DNA of 48,311 bases from Chloroflexota bacterium (GTDB lineage: Bacteria; Chloroflexota; Dormibacteria; Aeolococcales; Aeolococcaceae), in assembly GCA_005879785.1 (NCBI GenBank), contig VBJV01000011.1, forward strand, positions 1-48,311, in the 5' to 3' direction. Position 1 is the first letter of the stretch. Every line of letters starts with the position of its first letter. A program made the position numbers and the translations under genes. The notes beneath the pieces are model-generated. The model did not search any database, had not been told where the DNA came from, and saw nothing but the letters and a program-made list of their open reading frames with translations. Positions 18,224 to 27,427 of this stretch are shown here, in pieces.

Positions 18224-19566
18224 CCGCTCACCTCGGGCGCGCGCAGGCGAGCCCGTATCGCGGTGCCGTGGGCGTGCAGGCCCTCGGCGTCCGCGAGCGC
18301 CCCGGCTACGGGCGCGAGCAGCTCGAACTCCGCGGCGTCGAGCTGGACGACGCTCGGCCAACGCACGAAGTCCTGCACGGAGAGGGGGCCGCGGTAGCGG
18401 GCCGCGCCCTGTGTCGGGAGCGTGTGATTGGGCCCGGCGATGTAGTCGCCGATCGACACCGGCGAGAAGGCGCCGACGAAGACGGCACCGGCGGTGCTCG
18501 GCGAATCGCGCAGCGCTTCCGCGGCAGCACCCTGAAGCGAGAGGTGCTCGGGCGCGAAGCCGTTGCTCAGCTCCAGCGCGTCTTCGAGCGACGCGCACGT
18601 CACGACCACCGCGTGAGCCCCGGCTGCAGCGCTGATGACGTCGCTGCGCGCGGCGGCCTCTGCAGCGACTGCGAAGCCTTCGCCGACGGCTGCCGCCACG
18701 CGCGCGTCATCGGTGAGACAGATCGCCCAGGCCAGGGGGTCGTGCTCCAGCTGGGAAACGAGGTCGGCCGCGATGAGGTCGGCGTCTGCGCCGGTGGACG
18801 CTATGACCAGGATCTCGGTCGGTCCCGCCAGCTGGTCGATGCCCACGGCGCCGAACACCTCGCGCTTGGCCAGGGTGACGAAGGCGTTCCCCGGACCGAC
18901 CACCTTGTCCACCCGCGCGACGCTCTCCGTGCCGTAGGCCAGCGCCGCGATGGCCTGCGCGCCGCCGATCGCGTGCAGCTCGCGCACGCCGAGCAGCTCC
19001 GCCGCCGCGGACACCAGCGGGTGCACCGCCGTGCTCGGAGCCGGCGGGCTGCACACCGCAATCGAGGCCACACCGGCGACCTGGGCAGGGATCACCGACA
19101 TCAGCAGCGTGCTCGGATACGCGGCCCTGCCGCCGGGCACGTAGCAGCCGGCCCGGCGCAGCGGCTCGGGGCGCAGGTAGGCGCTGTTCGTGCCACGATT
19201 GCCCGTATCTCGCTGGTGCTCGTGGAACTCGCGGATGCGCTGCGCGGCCGCCACGAGGCTGTTGCGCAGGCCAGGCTCCAGGTTCTCGAACGACTCGCGC
19301 AGATGGGCGCGCGGCAGCCGGGTGTCGGCGACGTCGACGCCATCCAGCCGGGCGGTCCACTCTCGCACCGCGCCGTCACCGCGGTCGCGCACGTCGGCGA
19401 CGATGCGCCGAACGGCGTCGACGACCGTGACACGCTCCCCGAACAGCTCGGTGAGGCGCGCCGCTGCCGCGTCGTCGAGCTGCGGCTGCGCGAATCCACC
19501 GCGATCACGCTCCTTGATGAGGCCTCTGAACGCGTCCGTGTCCAGGCGGCGCAGCGCGATGGTCAC
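18220..19566 (-). CDS. hisD: Histidinol dehydrogenase HisD
   Basis: From GTG 19566 (GTGA overlap with the hisG stop): YPSTLLMSVIPAQVAGV, IGGAQAIAALAYGT, VGPGNAFV, AGPTEILVIA, QLEHDP, APEHL, GDYIAGPNHTLPT. Confidence 0.9.
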   Translation of the reverse strand: MTIALRRLDTDAFRGLIKERDRGGFAQPQLDDAAAARLTELFGERVTVVDAVRRIVADVRDRGDGAVREWTARLDGVDVADTRLPRAHLRESFENLEPGLRNSLVAAAQRIREFHEHQRDTGNRGTNSAYLRPEPLRRAGCYVPGGRAAYPSTLLMSVIPAQVAGVASIAVCSPPAPSTAVHPLVSAAAELLGVRELHAIGGAQAIAALAYGTESVARVDKVVGPGNAFVTLAKREVFGAVGIDQLAGPTEILVIASTGADADLIAADLVSQLEHDPLAWAICLTDDARVAAAVGEGFAVAAEAAARSDVISAAAGAHAVVVTCASLEDALELSNGFAPEHLSLQGAAAEALRDSPSTAGAVFVGAFSPVSIGDYIAGPNHTLPTQGAARYRGPLSVQDFVRWPSVVQLDAAEFELLAPVAGALADAEGLHAHGTAIRARLRAPEVSG

Positions 19567-20216
19567 GCGGCACCCTGGACGGCACGCGTCGCTGCGGCGC
19601 GACGCAACGCCGCTGCGACCATGTTGACGTCGTCGCTCCGCGTCTTGAGGGCCGCGACGTTGGCGATGAGCCGCGCCGTCGACACGCCCGCCTCGGCCAC
19701 CTCGATCAGGTCGTTGGCGGCGAGCGTGCGGCCGGTGGCGGTGATGTCGAGGACCGCATCCGCCAGGCGGGTCGCCGGCGCCAGCTCCACCGATCCGTGC
19801 AGCCTGATCAGCTCGACGGTTGTGCCGACCTCGTCGAAGAACCGCGCTGCCGCATGCGGGTACTTGGTGGCGACGCGCAGTGTCCCCGTCCATTTGCCGT
19901 CGACCAGCGGCGAGCCGCGTGGGGCCGCGAGAACAAGCCTGCATTCCCCGAATCGCAGGTCGACCAGCTCGTAGCACTCGCGGCGTGTCTCCCAGAGCAC
20001 GTCCTTGCCGACGATCCCGCAGTCGCACGCACCCATCTCGACATACACAGGGATGTCCGTCGGTCGCACCTTCACAAAGGCATGGCCGGAGTCCGCGACG
20101 CGCAGCTCGCTGTCGAAGCGGCGCGCATCCAGCCGGGCGATACCAGCCGCGGCGAGCAGGTCGCACGCGCCATCGAGCAGAATGCCGCCCGGTAGCGCAA
20201 CGCGCAACGCGCTCAT
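19563..20216 (-). CDS. hisG: ATP phosphoribosyltransferase, short form (HisG-S)
   Basis: 217 aa from ATG 20216: LRVALPGG, VRPTDIPVYVEMGACDCGIVGKDVL, RVATKYP, LHGSVELAP...DITATGRTL. There is no C-terminal regulatory domain. An ATGA overlap joins it to the hisZ stop. Confidence 0.9.
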   Translation of the reverse strand: MSALRVALPGGILLDGACDLLAAAGIARLDARRFDSELRVADSGHAFVKVRPTDIPVYVEMGACDCGIVGKDVLWETRRECYELVDLRFGECRLVLAAPRGSPLVDGKWTGTLRVATKYPHAAARFFDEVGTTVELIRLHGSVELAPATRLADAVLDITATGRTLAANDLIEVAEAGVSTARLIANVAALKTRSDDVNMVAAALRRAAATRAVQGAA

Positions 20217-21490
20217 CGCCGCGGGCGCAGGGCTTGGAGCACCGCTGCCAGGGCTGCGCCACGATCGCCGTCCCCGGCGCGACCGTCGATCGTCCAGCGC
20301 ACCCGCTTGGTGTCGACGTACACGGAGCGGTCGCCGTCGAGCCCGCTGCCGGGTGCGAGGCCGCAGGTGCACGCAAGGCCGGCGACGTGCAACCCGCGCG
20401 CAAGCTCGAGCGCTGCGCGATGCGCCCCAGCAGCCCATGTGACCTGAACCGGCGCGACGACCAGCACGTCGCCGGTGCGGCGCGTCAGCGTGTCGAGGCA
20501 GCGGTCGACGTGCAGCACGAACCCGGTTGCCGGCTCGGGCAGCCCGAAGCGCTCCAGCAGGCCGTCATACCGTCCGCCGCTGCCCAGCGGAAACCCGGAG
20601 TCCTCGCTGAACACTTCGAACGTCGGCCCCGTGTAGTAATCCCAGTCGCGCACCGCGCCGAGGTCGAGGTGCACGCGATCGGTGATGCCGTGCGCATCGA
20701 GCAGGTCCCATAGCGCCGCCAGGTCCTGCAGCGCGCGCCGGGGGCGCTCGCCACGTACGTCCTGCATGGCGGTGTCCAGGATTTCACGGCCTCCACGCAG
20801 CGCAGGAAACGCCAGCAGCAACCTCCGTTCCGCCTCGGCCATCTCGGTGGCCTGAAGCGCGGTCTCCACGGCCACCAGGTCACGCCGTTCCAGGGCGCCG
20901 AGCACATCGCGCTGCAGGTGCGCGTCGACGCCTGCCGAGTCGAGCAGACCGGGAACGAAGTCCGCGTGGCCGACATCCACCTGGACATCGCGCATGCCGG
21001 CCTTGTCGAGCGCGGTCGCCGCGAGCGCGATGCACTCGGCGTCGGCGGCGAGCCCGCTGTGGCCGATCAGCTCGCAGCCCGCCTGCAGCGACTCGCGGCG
21101 GCGTCCACCGTGCAACGCCTGGTTGCGCAGCACCGGCCCTGCGTAGCCGAGGCGCAGTGGAAATGGGCCGCGCTGCAACTGTGTCGCAACCACGCGTGCA
21201 ACGCTGACGGTGCGCTCACCGACAAGAGCGAGCATGTCGCCATCGGCGTCCATGAAGCGGAAGAGCTGCGCCTGCCTGGCCGGTCCGACGCCCGCCGCCA
21301 CCGTGGCCAGCGGCTCGACCAGAGGCGTGGCGATGTAGCCGTAGCCCCACACCTCGAAGGTCTGCACGAACGTCTCAGTCAGCCGTCTGCGCCGCGCTGC
21401 CGCGCCCACCAGCCAGTCCGAGAACCCCCCGGCCCTGCCGCGCGAGCCAAGCCCGAGCGCGGGCGCGTCCATCCTGCCGGTGGAACTCAT
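20213..21490 (-). CDS. hisZ: ATP phosphoribosyltransferase regulatory subunit HisZ (HisRS paralogue)
   Basis: From ATG 21490: FEVWGYGYIATPLVE, FRFMDADGDMLALVGERT, LRLGYAGPVLR, QAGCELIG, DYYTGPTFEVF, LGSGGRYD. Track ORF 20213..22327 was trimmed at the ATGA overlap with the upstream stop (21487-21490). Confidence 0.85.
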   Translation of the reverse strand: MSSTGRMDAPALGLGSRGRAGGFSDWLVGAAARRRRLTETFVQTFEVWGYGYIATPLVEPLATVAAGVGPARQAQLFRFMDADGDMLALVGERTVSVARVVATQLQRGPFPLRLGYAGPVLRNQALHGGRRRESLQAGCELIGHSGLAADAECIALAATALDKAGMRDVQVDVGHADFVPGLLDSAGVDAHLQRDVLGALERRDLVAVETALQATEMAEAERRLLLAFPALRGGREILDTAMQDVRGERPRRALQDLAALWDLLDAHGITDRVHLDLGAVRDWDYYTGPTFEVFSEDSGFPLGSGGRYDGLLERFGLPEPATGFVLHVDRCLDTLTRRTGDVLVVAPVQVTWAAGAHRAALELARGLHVAGLACTCGLAPGSGLDGDRSVYVDTKRVRWTIDGRAGDGDRGAALAAVLQALRPRR

Positions 21491-22401
21491 TGCACGGATT
21501 CTAGGGTTGTAGTTGCAATTCCCGACGGACGGCGCATCGTGATGGCGAGGCCCGCGAGTATCAGCACGCCGCCGGCGACGGTCGTCAGTGACGGAATCGA
21601 CTGGAACACCGCCGCGGCGAGCAGCGCTGCCAATGGTGGTTCGCCGAGAAAGGCGATCGAGACCTTGAGCGCCTGCACGTGGCGCAGCGCCCAGTTGTAC
21701 ACGGTGTGGCCCCCGATGGTGCACACCGCGGCCAGGGCGAGGCACACCAGTGTCACGCGCGCTCCCGGCATGTGCGCCACGCCTCCCGCAACCGACGTGG
21801 CCGCCGCCACCACCGCGACGATCGCATAGACCGAGCCCGAATATCCGGCCACGCCGAGCGTGCTGCGCACACCGCGGCCGATGACGAGGTAACCGGCCAG
21901 GCTGGCCGCGCCTCCGAGCGCGAGCAGGTCCCCGGCAAGCGCGGTGGTGCTGAAGCGCAGGTCGGCGACACACGTGACCACCGTCCCACCCAGGGCGAGA
22001 CCCATGCCCAGCAGGATGCCCGCCGTGGTGCGTTCGCCGAACAGCCGCCTGCCCAGCGGCGAGACCATCACCGGATGCAGAGACACGAGCAGTACGCTCG
22101 CCGCGATGGATGTGTAGCGCAGCGACGCCGTCCAGAGCAGGAAGTGAGCGGCAAGCAGCAGGCCGCTGACCCCGACCAGTGACAGCTGCCTGGCGCCGTG
22201 CGCAACCACGCCGCGGCGGACGTCGCGCCACACGAACGGAGCCAGCAGGACGGTGGCCATGGCCATGCGCAGCCACACAACGGTGGCGGGATCGTCGCCC
22301 GCGATCCGGATGAGCACTGCCGAGCACGACACGGCCAGCGTTGCCCCGACCAGCGCGAGATTGGCAGATGGCGCGCCGCGGGCTCGCCGCGCGGAGGTCA
22401 C
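21487..22401 (-). CDS. EamA/DMT-family transporter
   Basis: 304 aa with about 10 hydrophobic helices in two similar halves (LVGATLAVSCSAVLIRIAG..., ...YNWALRHV...). GTG start in a GTGA overlap with the hisN stop (22398-22401). Confidence 0.75.
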   Translation of the reverse strand: MTSARRARGAPSANLALVGATLAVSCSAVLIRIAGDDPATVVWLRMAMATVLLAPFVWRDVRRGVVAHGARQLSLVGVSGLLLAAHFLLWTASLRYTSIAASVLLVSLHPVMVSPLGRRLFGERTTAGILLGMGLALGGTVVTCVADLRFSTTALAGDLLALGGAASLAGYLVIGRGVRSTLGVAGYSGSVYAIVAVVAAATSVAGGVAHMPGARVTLVCLALAAVCTIGGHTVYNWALRHVQALKVSIAFLGEPPLAALLAAAVFQSIPSLTTVAGGVLILAGLAITMRRPSGIATTTLESVQ

Positions 22402-23165
22402 TCCGTCGTCTGCTGTATCAGGTCAAGCACGGCCCCGTGCAGCAGGCCGTTGCTGCTGATCACGTTGCCCGAGTCGATCCGAGAGCGCCCGCTGAAGTCG
22501 CTGAAGCGGCCTCCAGCCTCCTCGACGATCACCTGCGCGGCGGCGATGTCCCACGGGTTGACCACGGGTTCGATGCCGATGTCGAGCGCGCCTTCTGCGA
22601 CGAGCATGTGCGACCAGAAGTCGCCGAAGGCGCGGACGTAGCGGCAGCGCGAGGTCAGCTCGGCGAAGGCGCGTCCGCTTCCGCGCAGCGCGAAGTCCCG
22701 GATATCGGTGCACGAGACGTGGGCCTCACCGAGCACGGTGACCCTTGAGACACGCAGCGCCCCGTCGTTGCAGTGCGCGCCCTCGCCACGCGCCGCCCAC
22801 CAGCGCCTGCCCAGCGCCGGCGCCGAGACAACGCCACACTCGGTCCGTGTCCCGTGCTGCAGCGCAATGAGCGTGGCCCAGACGGGCACGCCACGCGCGT
22901 AATTCTTCGTGCCGTCGATGGGATCGATGAGCCACCGCCACTCCGCCTCTCCCTCGGCGCCGAACTCCTCCCCCACCATGGCGTGTTCCGGGCGGCGCAC
23001 ACGGAGCTCGTCGCGCAGTGCCTCTTCAGTGCTGCGGTCGGCATCCGTGACCGGCGTGCTGTCCGGCTTGGACTCGACGCGCAGGTCACGCGCGCGGAAG
23101 CGCTTCGCCGTGATCGCATCCGCAATATCCGCCAGCTGATGCGCCAGCGTCAGGTCGGCGCTCAT
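22398..23165 (-). CDS. hisN: Inositol-monophosphatase-fold histidinol-phosphatase HisN
   Basis: DSTPVTDADRSTEEAL, GEEFG, WLIDPIDGTKNYARGVPVWATLIAL, FGDFWSHMLVAEGALD, PWDIAA. It is positioned between hisC and the rest of the his operon. Confidence 0.8.
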   Translation of the reverse strand: MSADLTLAHQLADIADAITAKRFRARDLRVESKPDSTPVTDADRSTEEALRDELRVRRPEHAMVGEEFGAEGEAEWRWLIDPIDGTKNYARGVPVWATLIALQHGTRTECGVVSAPALGRRWWAARGEGAHCNDGALRVSRVTVLGEAHVSCTDIRDFALRGSGRAFAELTSRCRYVRAFGDFWSHMLVAEGALDIGIEPVVNPWDIAAAQVIVEEAGGRFSDFSGRSRIDSGNVISSNGLLHGAVLDLIQQTTE

Positions 23166-24214
23166 CCGGTTGCCTGGTCGCCGACGGCTTCGAGCAGCCT
23201 GTCGGTGGCCGCACTGTCACCGACCGTGATGCGCAACCGCGCGTCGATCCCCGGGGCATCGAAGTGGCGGACGAGGATGCGCGCCTCGCGCAGGCGTGCC
23301 GCCACCTCGACCGCGGACTGCGGCGGCGGCGGTTGGGCGAACACGAAGTTGGCCTGCGAGGGCAGCACGTCCCAGCCCAGCTCCGTCAGCGCGTCGTGCA
23401 GGCGGGCGCGCTCGCGCCGCACGGTTTCGACGATCCGCGCGTGATGCCCTTCATCCTCGATGGCGGCCACGGCGCCGGCGATGGCGCAGCGGTCGACCGG
23501 ATACGAGTCCTTGACGCTGTCGAGGTCGCTGATCAGGTCGCGTGCGGCCACCGCGTATCCGACGCGCAGCCCGGCCAAGGCGTACGACTTGGACAGCGTG
23601 CGCACGACGACCCAGTTCGCGTGGTGGCGCAGCCGGGAGAGCGCTGAGGCTGGTGCGAAGTCCGCGTACGCCTCATCGATGACGACCACTCCTGCGGCAC
23701 CCTCGAGTTGTCCCTCGAGCTCCTGGGGAGCGACCCACTGCCCGGTCGGTGAGTTGGGATTGACCACGAAGCGCAGCGGCGCGTCTTCTGCGGCAAAGCC
23801 CGTTCTCAGGGCCCCGTCGGGCCGCAGCGGCACGGCCACGTCACGCACCGAGAAGACTTGTGCCAGCACGGGAAAGAGCGAGTACGTGGGCGTGGCATGC
23901 ACCACCGCGTCACCGGGCTCGGCGTACGCGCGGTAGCAGCAGTCGAGCACCTGGTCGGCGCCGTTGGCGACGAACACCTGCTCAGCAGCGACCCCGTGCC
24001 GCTCGGCCAGCAGGCTGCGCAGCGGCTCCGCATGCGGACTGGGATATCTCGACAGCGCCGCAGCGGCGCCGGCCACCGCCTCGGCAACGCGAGGCGACGG
24101 CGGCAGCGGTGACTCGTTGGTGTTCAGCTTGAGCCAGCCATCGGCGTCCGCCGGCTGCTCACCGGGCAGGTAGCCGAACGCGTCGCCAAGCGAGCGACGC
24201 CGGTAGCGGGACAT
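23162..24214 (-). CDS. hisC: Histidinol-phosphate aminotransferase HisC
   Basis: From ATG 24214: LKLNTNESPLPPSP, YPSP, NGADQ, NPNSPTG, IDEAYADF, RTLSKSYALAGLRVGY (PLP lysine). Track ORF 23162..24388 was trimmed at the ATGA overlap with the upstream stop. Confidence 0.9.
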   Translation of the reverse strand: MSRYRRRSLGDAFGYLPGEQPADADGWLKLNTNESPLPPSPRVAEAVAGAAAALSRYPSPHAEPLRSLLAERHGVAAEQVFVANGADQVLDCCYRAYAEPGDAVVHATPTYSLFPVLAQVFSVRDVAVPLRPDGALRTGFAAEDAPLRFVVNPNSPTGQWVAPQELEGQLEGAAGVVVIDEAYADFAPASALSRLRHHANWVVVRTLSKSYALAGLRVGYAVAARDLISDLDSVKDSYPVDRCAIAGAVAAIEDEGHHARIVETVRRERARLHDALTELGWDVLPSQANFVFAQPPPPQSAVEVAARLREARILVRHFDAPGIDARLRITVGDSAATDRLLEAVGDQATG

Positions 24215-24564
24215 CACGCACCGTCCGGGGCGGCAAACTCCATGAACGCGTCCAGCGCGCGCGGCCCCCACACCGTCGCCGGTCCACCATTCATGAGCAC
24301 GGCCACGCCCAACGCCTCGGCGACCTCCGCCGCCGTTGCGCCGCGCCGCGCGGCACCGCGCGCATGCACCGCGATGCAGCCGTCGCATTCACGCGTGACG
24401 GCGATGGCCAGCGCGATCATCTCCTTGACCTTTGCCGGCAGGGCGCCGTCACTGAGGGCGGCGCGGTGCATATCCGCATAGGCGCGCCAGACATCAGGTA
24501 CGGCTTCACGCATCCGCTGAGCCTGCGGCCGCATCTCCTCGATCGTTTCTTTTGCTTGCGGCAT
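24214..24564 (-). CDS. Carboxymuconolactone decarboxylase-family (AhpD-like) protein
   Basis: 116 aa. KVKEMIALAIAVTRECDGCIAVHARGA carries the CxxC of AhpD-like alkylhydroperoxidases. It is the first gene of the minus-strand chain. Confidence 0.75.
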   Translation of the reverse strand: MPQAKETIEEMRPQAQRMREAVPDVWRAYADMHRAALSDGALPAKVKEMIALAIAVTRECDGCIAVHARGAARRGATAAEVAEALGVAVLMNGGPATVWGPRALDAFMEFAAPDGA

Positions 24565-24618
24565 CGCTCATCCTTGTGCTGCAGGTCCGAACATCTGCGC
24601 CGGTATTATGAGGCGGCG

Positions 24619-25419
24619 ATGAACGACTCAGCCGTTGCACCGCCGATACCGGCGAGCACCGTGCTCGTGCTCCGCGATCACGACGCCGGGCCGCAGGTGC
24701 TGCTGCTGCGCCGCTCGCCGGAGAGCAGCTTCGCCGCGCACGCCTACGTGTTTCCCGGTGGCGCGGTGGACAGCGCCGACAGCGATGAGCTGCTGCTGCG
24801 ATACGCGCCGCAGTTCGATGCGGCTGAGGCGGCACGTCGCATCGGCATCGACGGCGAGGACGCGGCTGCAGTCAGCGCTGCGTTCCACGTCGCCGCGATC
24901 CGCGAGGTCTTCGAGGAGGCAGGCGTCTTCATCGGTCGCAACGGCGACGGCAGCGGCTTCAACGCGAGGGAGGTGGCACGGCTCACCATCGCACGCGACG
25001 ACCTGCTCCACGGGGCGTCACTGCTGTCGGTGTTGCAGTCACACGCGCTGCTCCTCGCCCCCGAGCTGCTGGTGTACTCGGCGCGCTTCGTCACGCCGGC
25101 CGGCCAGCCGAGGCGCTTCGACACCCGCTTCTTCGCAACCGTCGCGCACAGCCTGCAGGAAGCATCCATGCATGACGCCGAGGCCACCGACGGTGGCTGG
25201 TTCCGGCCCCGCGACGTGCTCGAGCAGACGGGGACGAGGCCCATGCTGCTGCTGCCGCCCACCCGCATCATGTGCCGCAAGGTGGCGGCTCACGGGTCGG
25301 CGGCCGAAGCGGTGGCCGCCCTTGGCGAGAGCCCCATCGACGCATCCGAGATCACCATCGAGTCGGTGGTGCGCTGGGCGATGGATGATCACCTCGCGGA
25401 GACGGGCAGCCCGCAGTGA
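24619..25419 (+). CDS. Nudix-family hydrolase
   Basis: From ATG 24619: STVLVLRDHDAGPQVLLLRRS...YVFPGGAVD...AAIREVFEEAGV (REx2EE part of the Nudix box). Track ORF 24364 was trimmed to the ATG preceded by TATTAT at 24604-24609. Confidence 0.75.
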   Translation: MNDSAVAPPIPASTVLVLRDHDAGPQVLLLRRSPESSFAAHAYVFPGGAVDSADSDELLLRYAPQFDAAEAARRIGIDGEDAAAVSAAFHVAAIREVFEEAGVFIGRNGDGSGFNAREVARLTIARDDLLHGASLLSVLQSHALLLAPELLVYSARFVTPAGQPRRFDTRFFATVAHSLQEASMHDAEATDGGWFRPRDVLEQTGTRPMLLLPPTRIMCRKVAAHGSAAEAVAALGESPIDASEITIESVVRWAMDDHLAETGSPQ

Positions 25420-26216
25420 CGCGCAGCACCGTCATCGTGGCCCCGAACCCCTCCGTGTACACGGGGCCGGGTACGAACACCTATCTGGTGGGCGATGCCT
25501 CTGAGCTGTTCTGCATCGACCCCGGGCCGGACGACGAGCGACACCTGACAGCGATCCTCACCGCTGCCGAGCGGCATGGCGCGCGCATCGCGAGCATCCT
25601 GCTGACCCACTCGCATCCGGACCATCGTCCCCTCGCCGCGGCTCTGAGCGCGCGCACCGGTGCGAGCGTGCGGTGTTTCGACGTCAGCGCCGGCAGCGAT
25701 GGGGCACAGCCATTGCGCGACGGCGAGCAGGTCGACGTCTCGGGCTGCTCGCTGGTGGCTGTGCACACGCCCGGTCACGCGCACGACCATCTCTGTTTCC
25801 ACGATGCGGCGGAGGCGGCGCTGTACACAGGTGACCACGTTCTCACCGGCATGACATCGTTCATCGATCCCGACGACGGGGACATGAGCCTCTACATGAC
25901 CTCACTGCAACGCGTCCTCTCGCTGCGCCCGCGGGTCGTCCATCCGGGTCACGGCCCCCGCGACGATGACGGCGAAGCGCTGATCCGCCAGTACATCGCG
26001 CACCGCCTCGAGCGCGAGCAGCAGGTCGTGGAAGCGCTGCGCGACCGCGGTGAGCGCTCCCCCATGGACATCGTTGCCGAGATCTACGCCGCGTATCCGC
26101 CCGCGCTGCATCCCCTCGCGGCGCGCACCGTCCAGGCGCATCTCGACAAGCTGGTGCGCGACGGTCGTGCGGCGCGCAGCACGGCCCGGGACGGACCGCG
26201 CTACACGCTGCTCTGA
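25416..26216 (+). CDS. MBL-fold metallo-hydrolase
   Basis: NTYLVGD, LLTHSHPDH (HxHxDH), HTPGHAHDH, GDHVL, HPGHG. The C-terminal part looks like a winged helix. GTG start in a GTGA overlap with the Nudix stop. Confidence 0.85.
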   Translation: MTRSTVIVAPNPSVYTGPGTNTYLVGDASELFCIDPGPDDERHLTAILTAAERHGARIASILLTHSHPDHRPLAAALSARTGASVRCFDVSAGSDGAQPLRDGEQVDVSGCSLVAVHTPGHAHDHLCFHDAAEAALYTGDHVLTGMTSFIDPDDGDMSLYMTSLQRVLSLRPRVVHPGHGPRDDDGEALIRQYIAHRLEREQQVVEALRDRGERSPMDIVAEIYAAYPPALHPLAARTVQAHLDKLVRDGRAARSTARDGPRYTLL

Positions 26217-27427
26217 GCCGGCGGTGCCGGCTGCGCGCGACGCAGCTTGCCGAGCGCCGTGCGCGGCAGCGTATCCACCAGGACCAGCTGGCGCGGAGCC
26301 TTGTATCCGGCGATCCGTTGCGACACGTGGGCGCGGAGTGACTCGAGCGTGGGAGGAGCACCACGGCGCCGGGGCACAACGTGCGCGACGACGCGCTCGC
26401 CCCACTCGGCGTCGGGAGCGCCGGAGACGGCCACGGCCGTCACGCCGCGGTGTGAGGCGAGTGCCGCCTCGACCTCGGCGGGCCATACCTTCTCTCCGCC
26501 GGTGTTGATCACGTCCGCCTTGCGACCGTCGACGCGGACCGTCCCGTCCGTTGCGATCGCGCCGTGGTCGCCGGTAAGCAGCCAGCCTCCGGGCAGGAAC
26601 GCGGCGGCGCTCGCCGCTTCATCGAAGCGGTAGCCACGCATCAGCGCAGTCCCCCGGATGAGCAGCTCGCCTTCACCGGCAGCCGCATTCACGCCGTCAC
26701 CAAGCACGTGCACGTCCACGCCGGTGAGTGGACGCCCTGCATAGACCACGCCGCCGCAGGACTCGGTCAGGCCGTACGTCGGCACCAGCTGCGCACCGCC
26801 CGCAGCGGCGCGCAATGCGAGCTCAGGGGGCAACGCAGCTCCGCCCACCAGGATGGCCGCAAAGCCGCTCAGGTCGCACCCGGCGTCGAGCAGCCGGTGC
26901 AGCTGCGTCGGCACCAGCGACGTGAACCGGCAGGCGCGGGCGGTGCGAAAGGCAGCGACGCTGAACGAGCGGCGCACGCGGACGGGAGCGCCGAGGACCA
27001 GGGCGCGGTGGAGCACCAGCGCGCCACCGATGTGCGCCACCGGCAGGCAGCACAGCCACTCGTCTGCGGACCCGGCGCCGATCGCGGCCGCCGAGGCGCG
27101 GATCACCGCCTCGATCGAATCCCGGCCCAGCTCGGCAAGGCGGGGCAGGCCGGTCGTCCCTGACGTGGCCACGACCAGCCCGGTGCCCGCAGCTGCCGGA
27201 ACGCCCCGCGGCCGCCGCCGGACCCCATCTGCATCGACGACCAGGGTTGGCCGCGCGCGGCTCACCAGGCGGCGTGCTTCGGCGGGAGCGAGGCGCCCGT
27301 CCACCGGGAACACCGCTGCACCGGCATCCCACGCGGCGCGGAGCAGCGCGATCCAGCGCGGACCCGGCGGCAGGCGGACTGCCACCAGGTCGGCATCGCG
27401 AAGCGTCGATTGAAGCGCGCGGACCAT
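26201..27427 (-). CDS. menE: o-Succinylbenzoate-CoA ligase MenE
   Basis: From ATG 27427: [10 protein letters not shown] (AMP-binding P-loop), PTYGLTE, LLTGDHG...[26 protein letters not shown]. The short actinobacterial-type N-terminus and the men neighbourhood support the call. Track ORF 26201..28462 was trimmed. Confidence 0.8.
   Translation of the reverse strand: MVRALQSTLRDADLVAVRLPPGPRWIALLRAAWDAGAAVFPVDGRLAPAEARRLVSRARPTLVVDADGVRRRPRGVPAAAGTGLVVATSGTTGLPRLAELGRDSIEAVIRASAAAIGAGSADEWLCCLPVAHIGGALVLHRALVLGAPVRVRRSFSVAAFRTARACRFTSLVPTQLHRLLDAGCDLSGFAAILVGGAALPPELALRAAAGGAQLVPTYGLTESCGGVVYAGRPLTGVDVHVLGDGVNAAAGEGELLIRGTALMRGYRFDEAASAAAFLPGGWLLTGDHGAIATDGTVRVDGRKADVINTGGEKVWPAEVEAALASHRGVTAVAVSGAPDAEWGERVVAHVVPRRRGAPPTLESLRAHVSQRIAGYKAPRQLVLVDTLPRTALGKLRRAQPAPPAQSSV

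Noticed and set aside
18175-19974. 599-aa plus-strand ORF across the hisB/hisD/hisG region
   Set aside because: It is antisense to motif-rich HisD and HisB. Its translation is Arg/Gly/Ala/Pro-rich low-complexity sequence, typical of shadow ORFs in very G+C-rich DNA. The same reasoning applies to 3473..4468(+), 8343..9035(+), 10846..12060(+), 15857..16519(+), 17732..18397(+), 310..1095(-) and the many shorter track ORFs.
20213-22327. Long N-terminal extensions of track ORFs (for example 704-aa 'HisZ', 727-aa 'HisD' 18220..20403, 515-aa 'HisF' 15530..17077, 753-aa 'MenE' 26201..28462, 611-aa BNR protein 37057..38892)
   Set aside because: The extensions are junk-like and run through the upstream genes. 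In each case an internal ATG or GTG forms a 4-nt overlap with the upstream stop and gives a protein of canonical length with a family-typical N-terminus.
24619-26216. Nudix plus MBL-fold pair as a possible novel two-gene system
   Set aside because: Both are common housekeeping-type hydrolases that are frequently adjacent in high-GC Gram-positive genomes. Nothing in the sequence suggests more than operon packing. Only the hisE-replacement idea was kept, at low interest.
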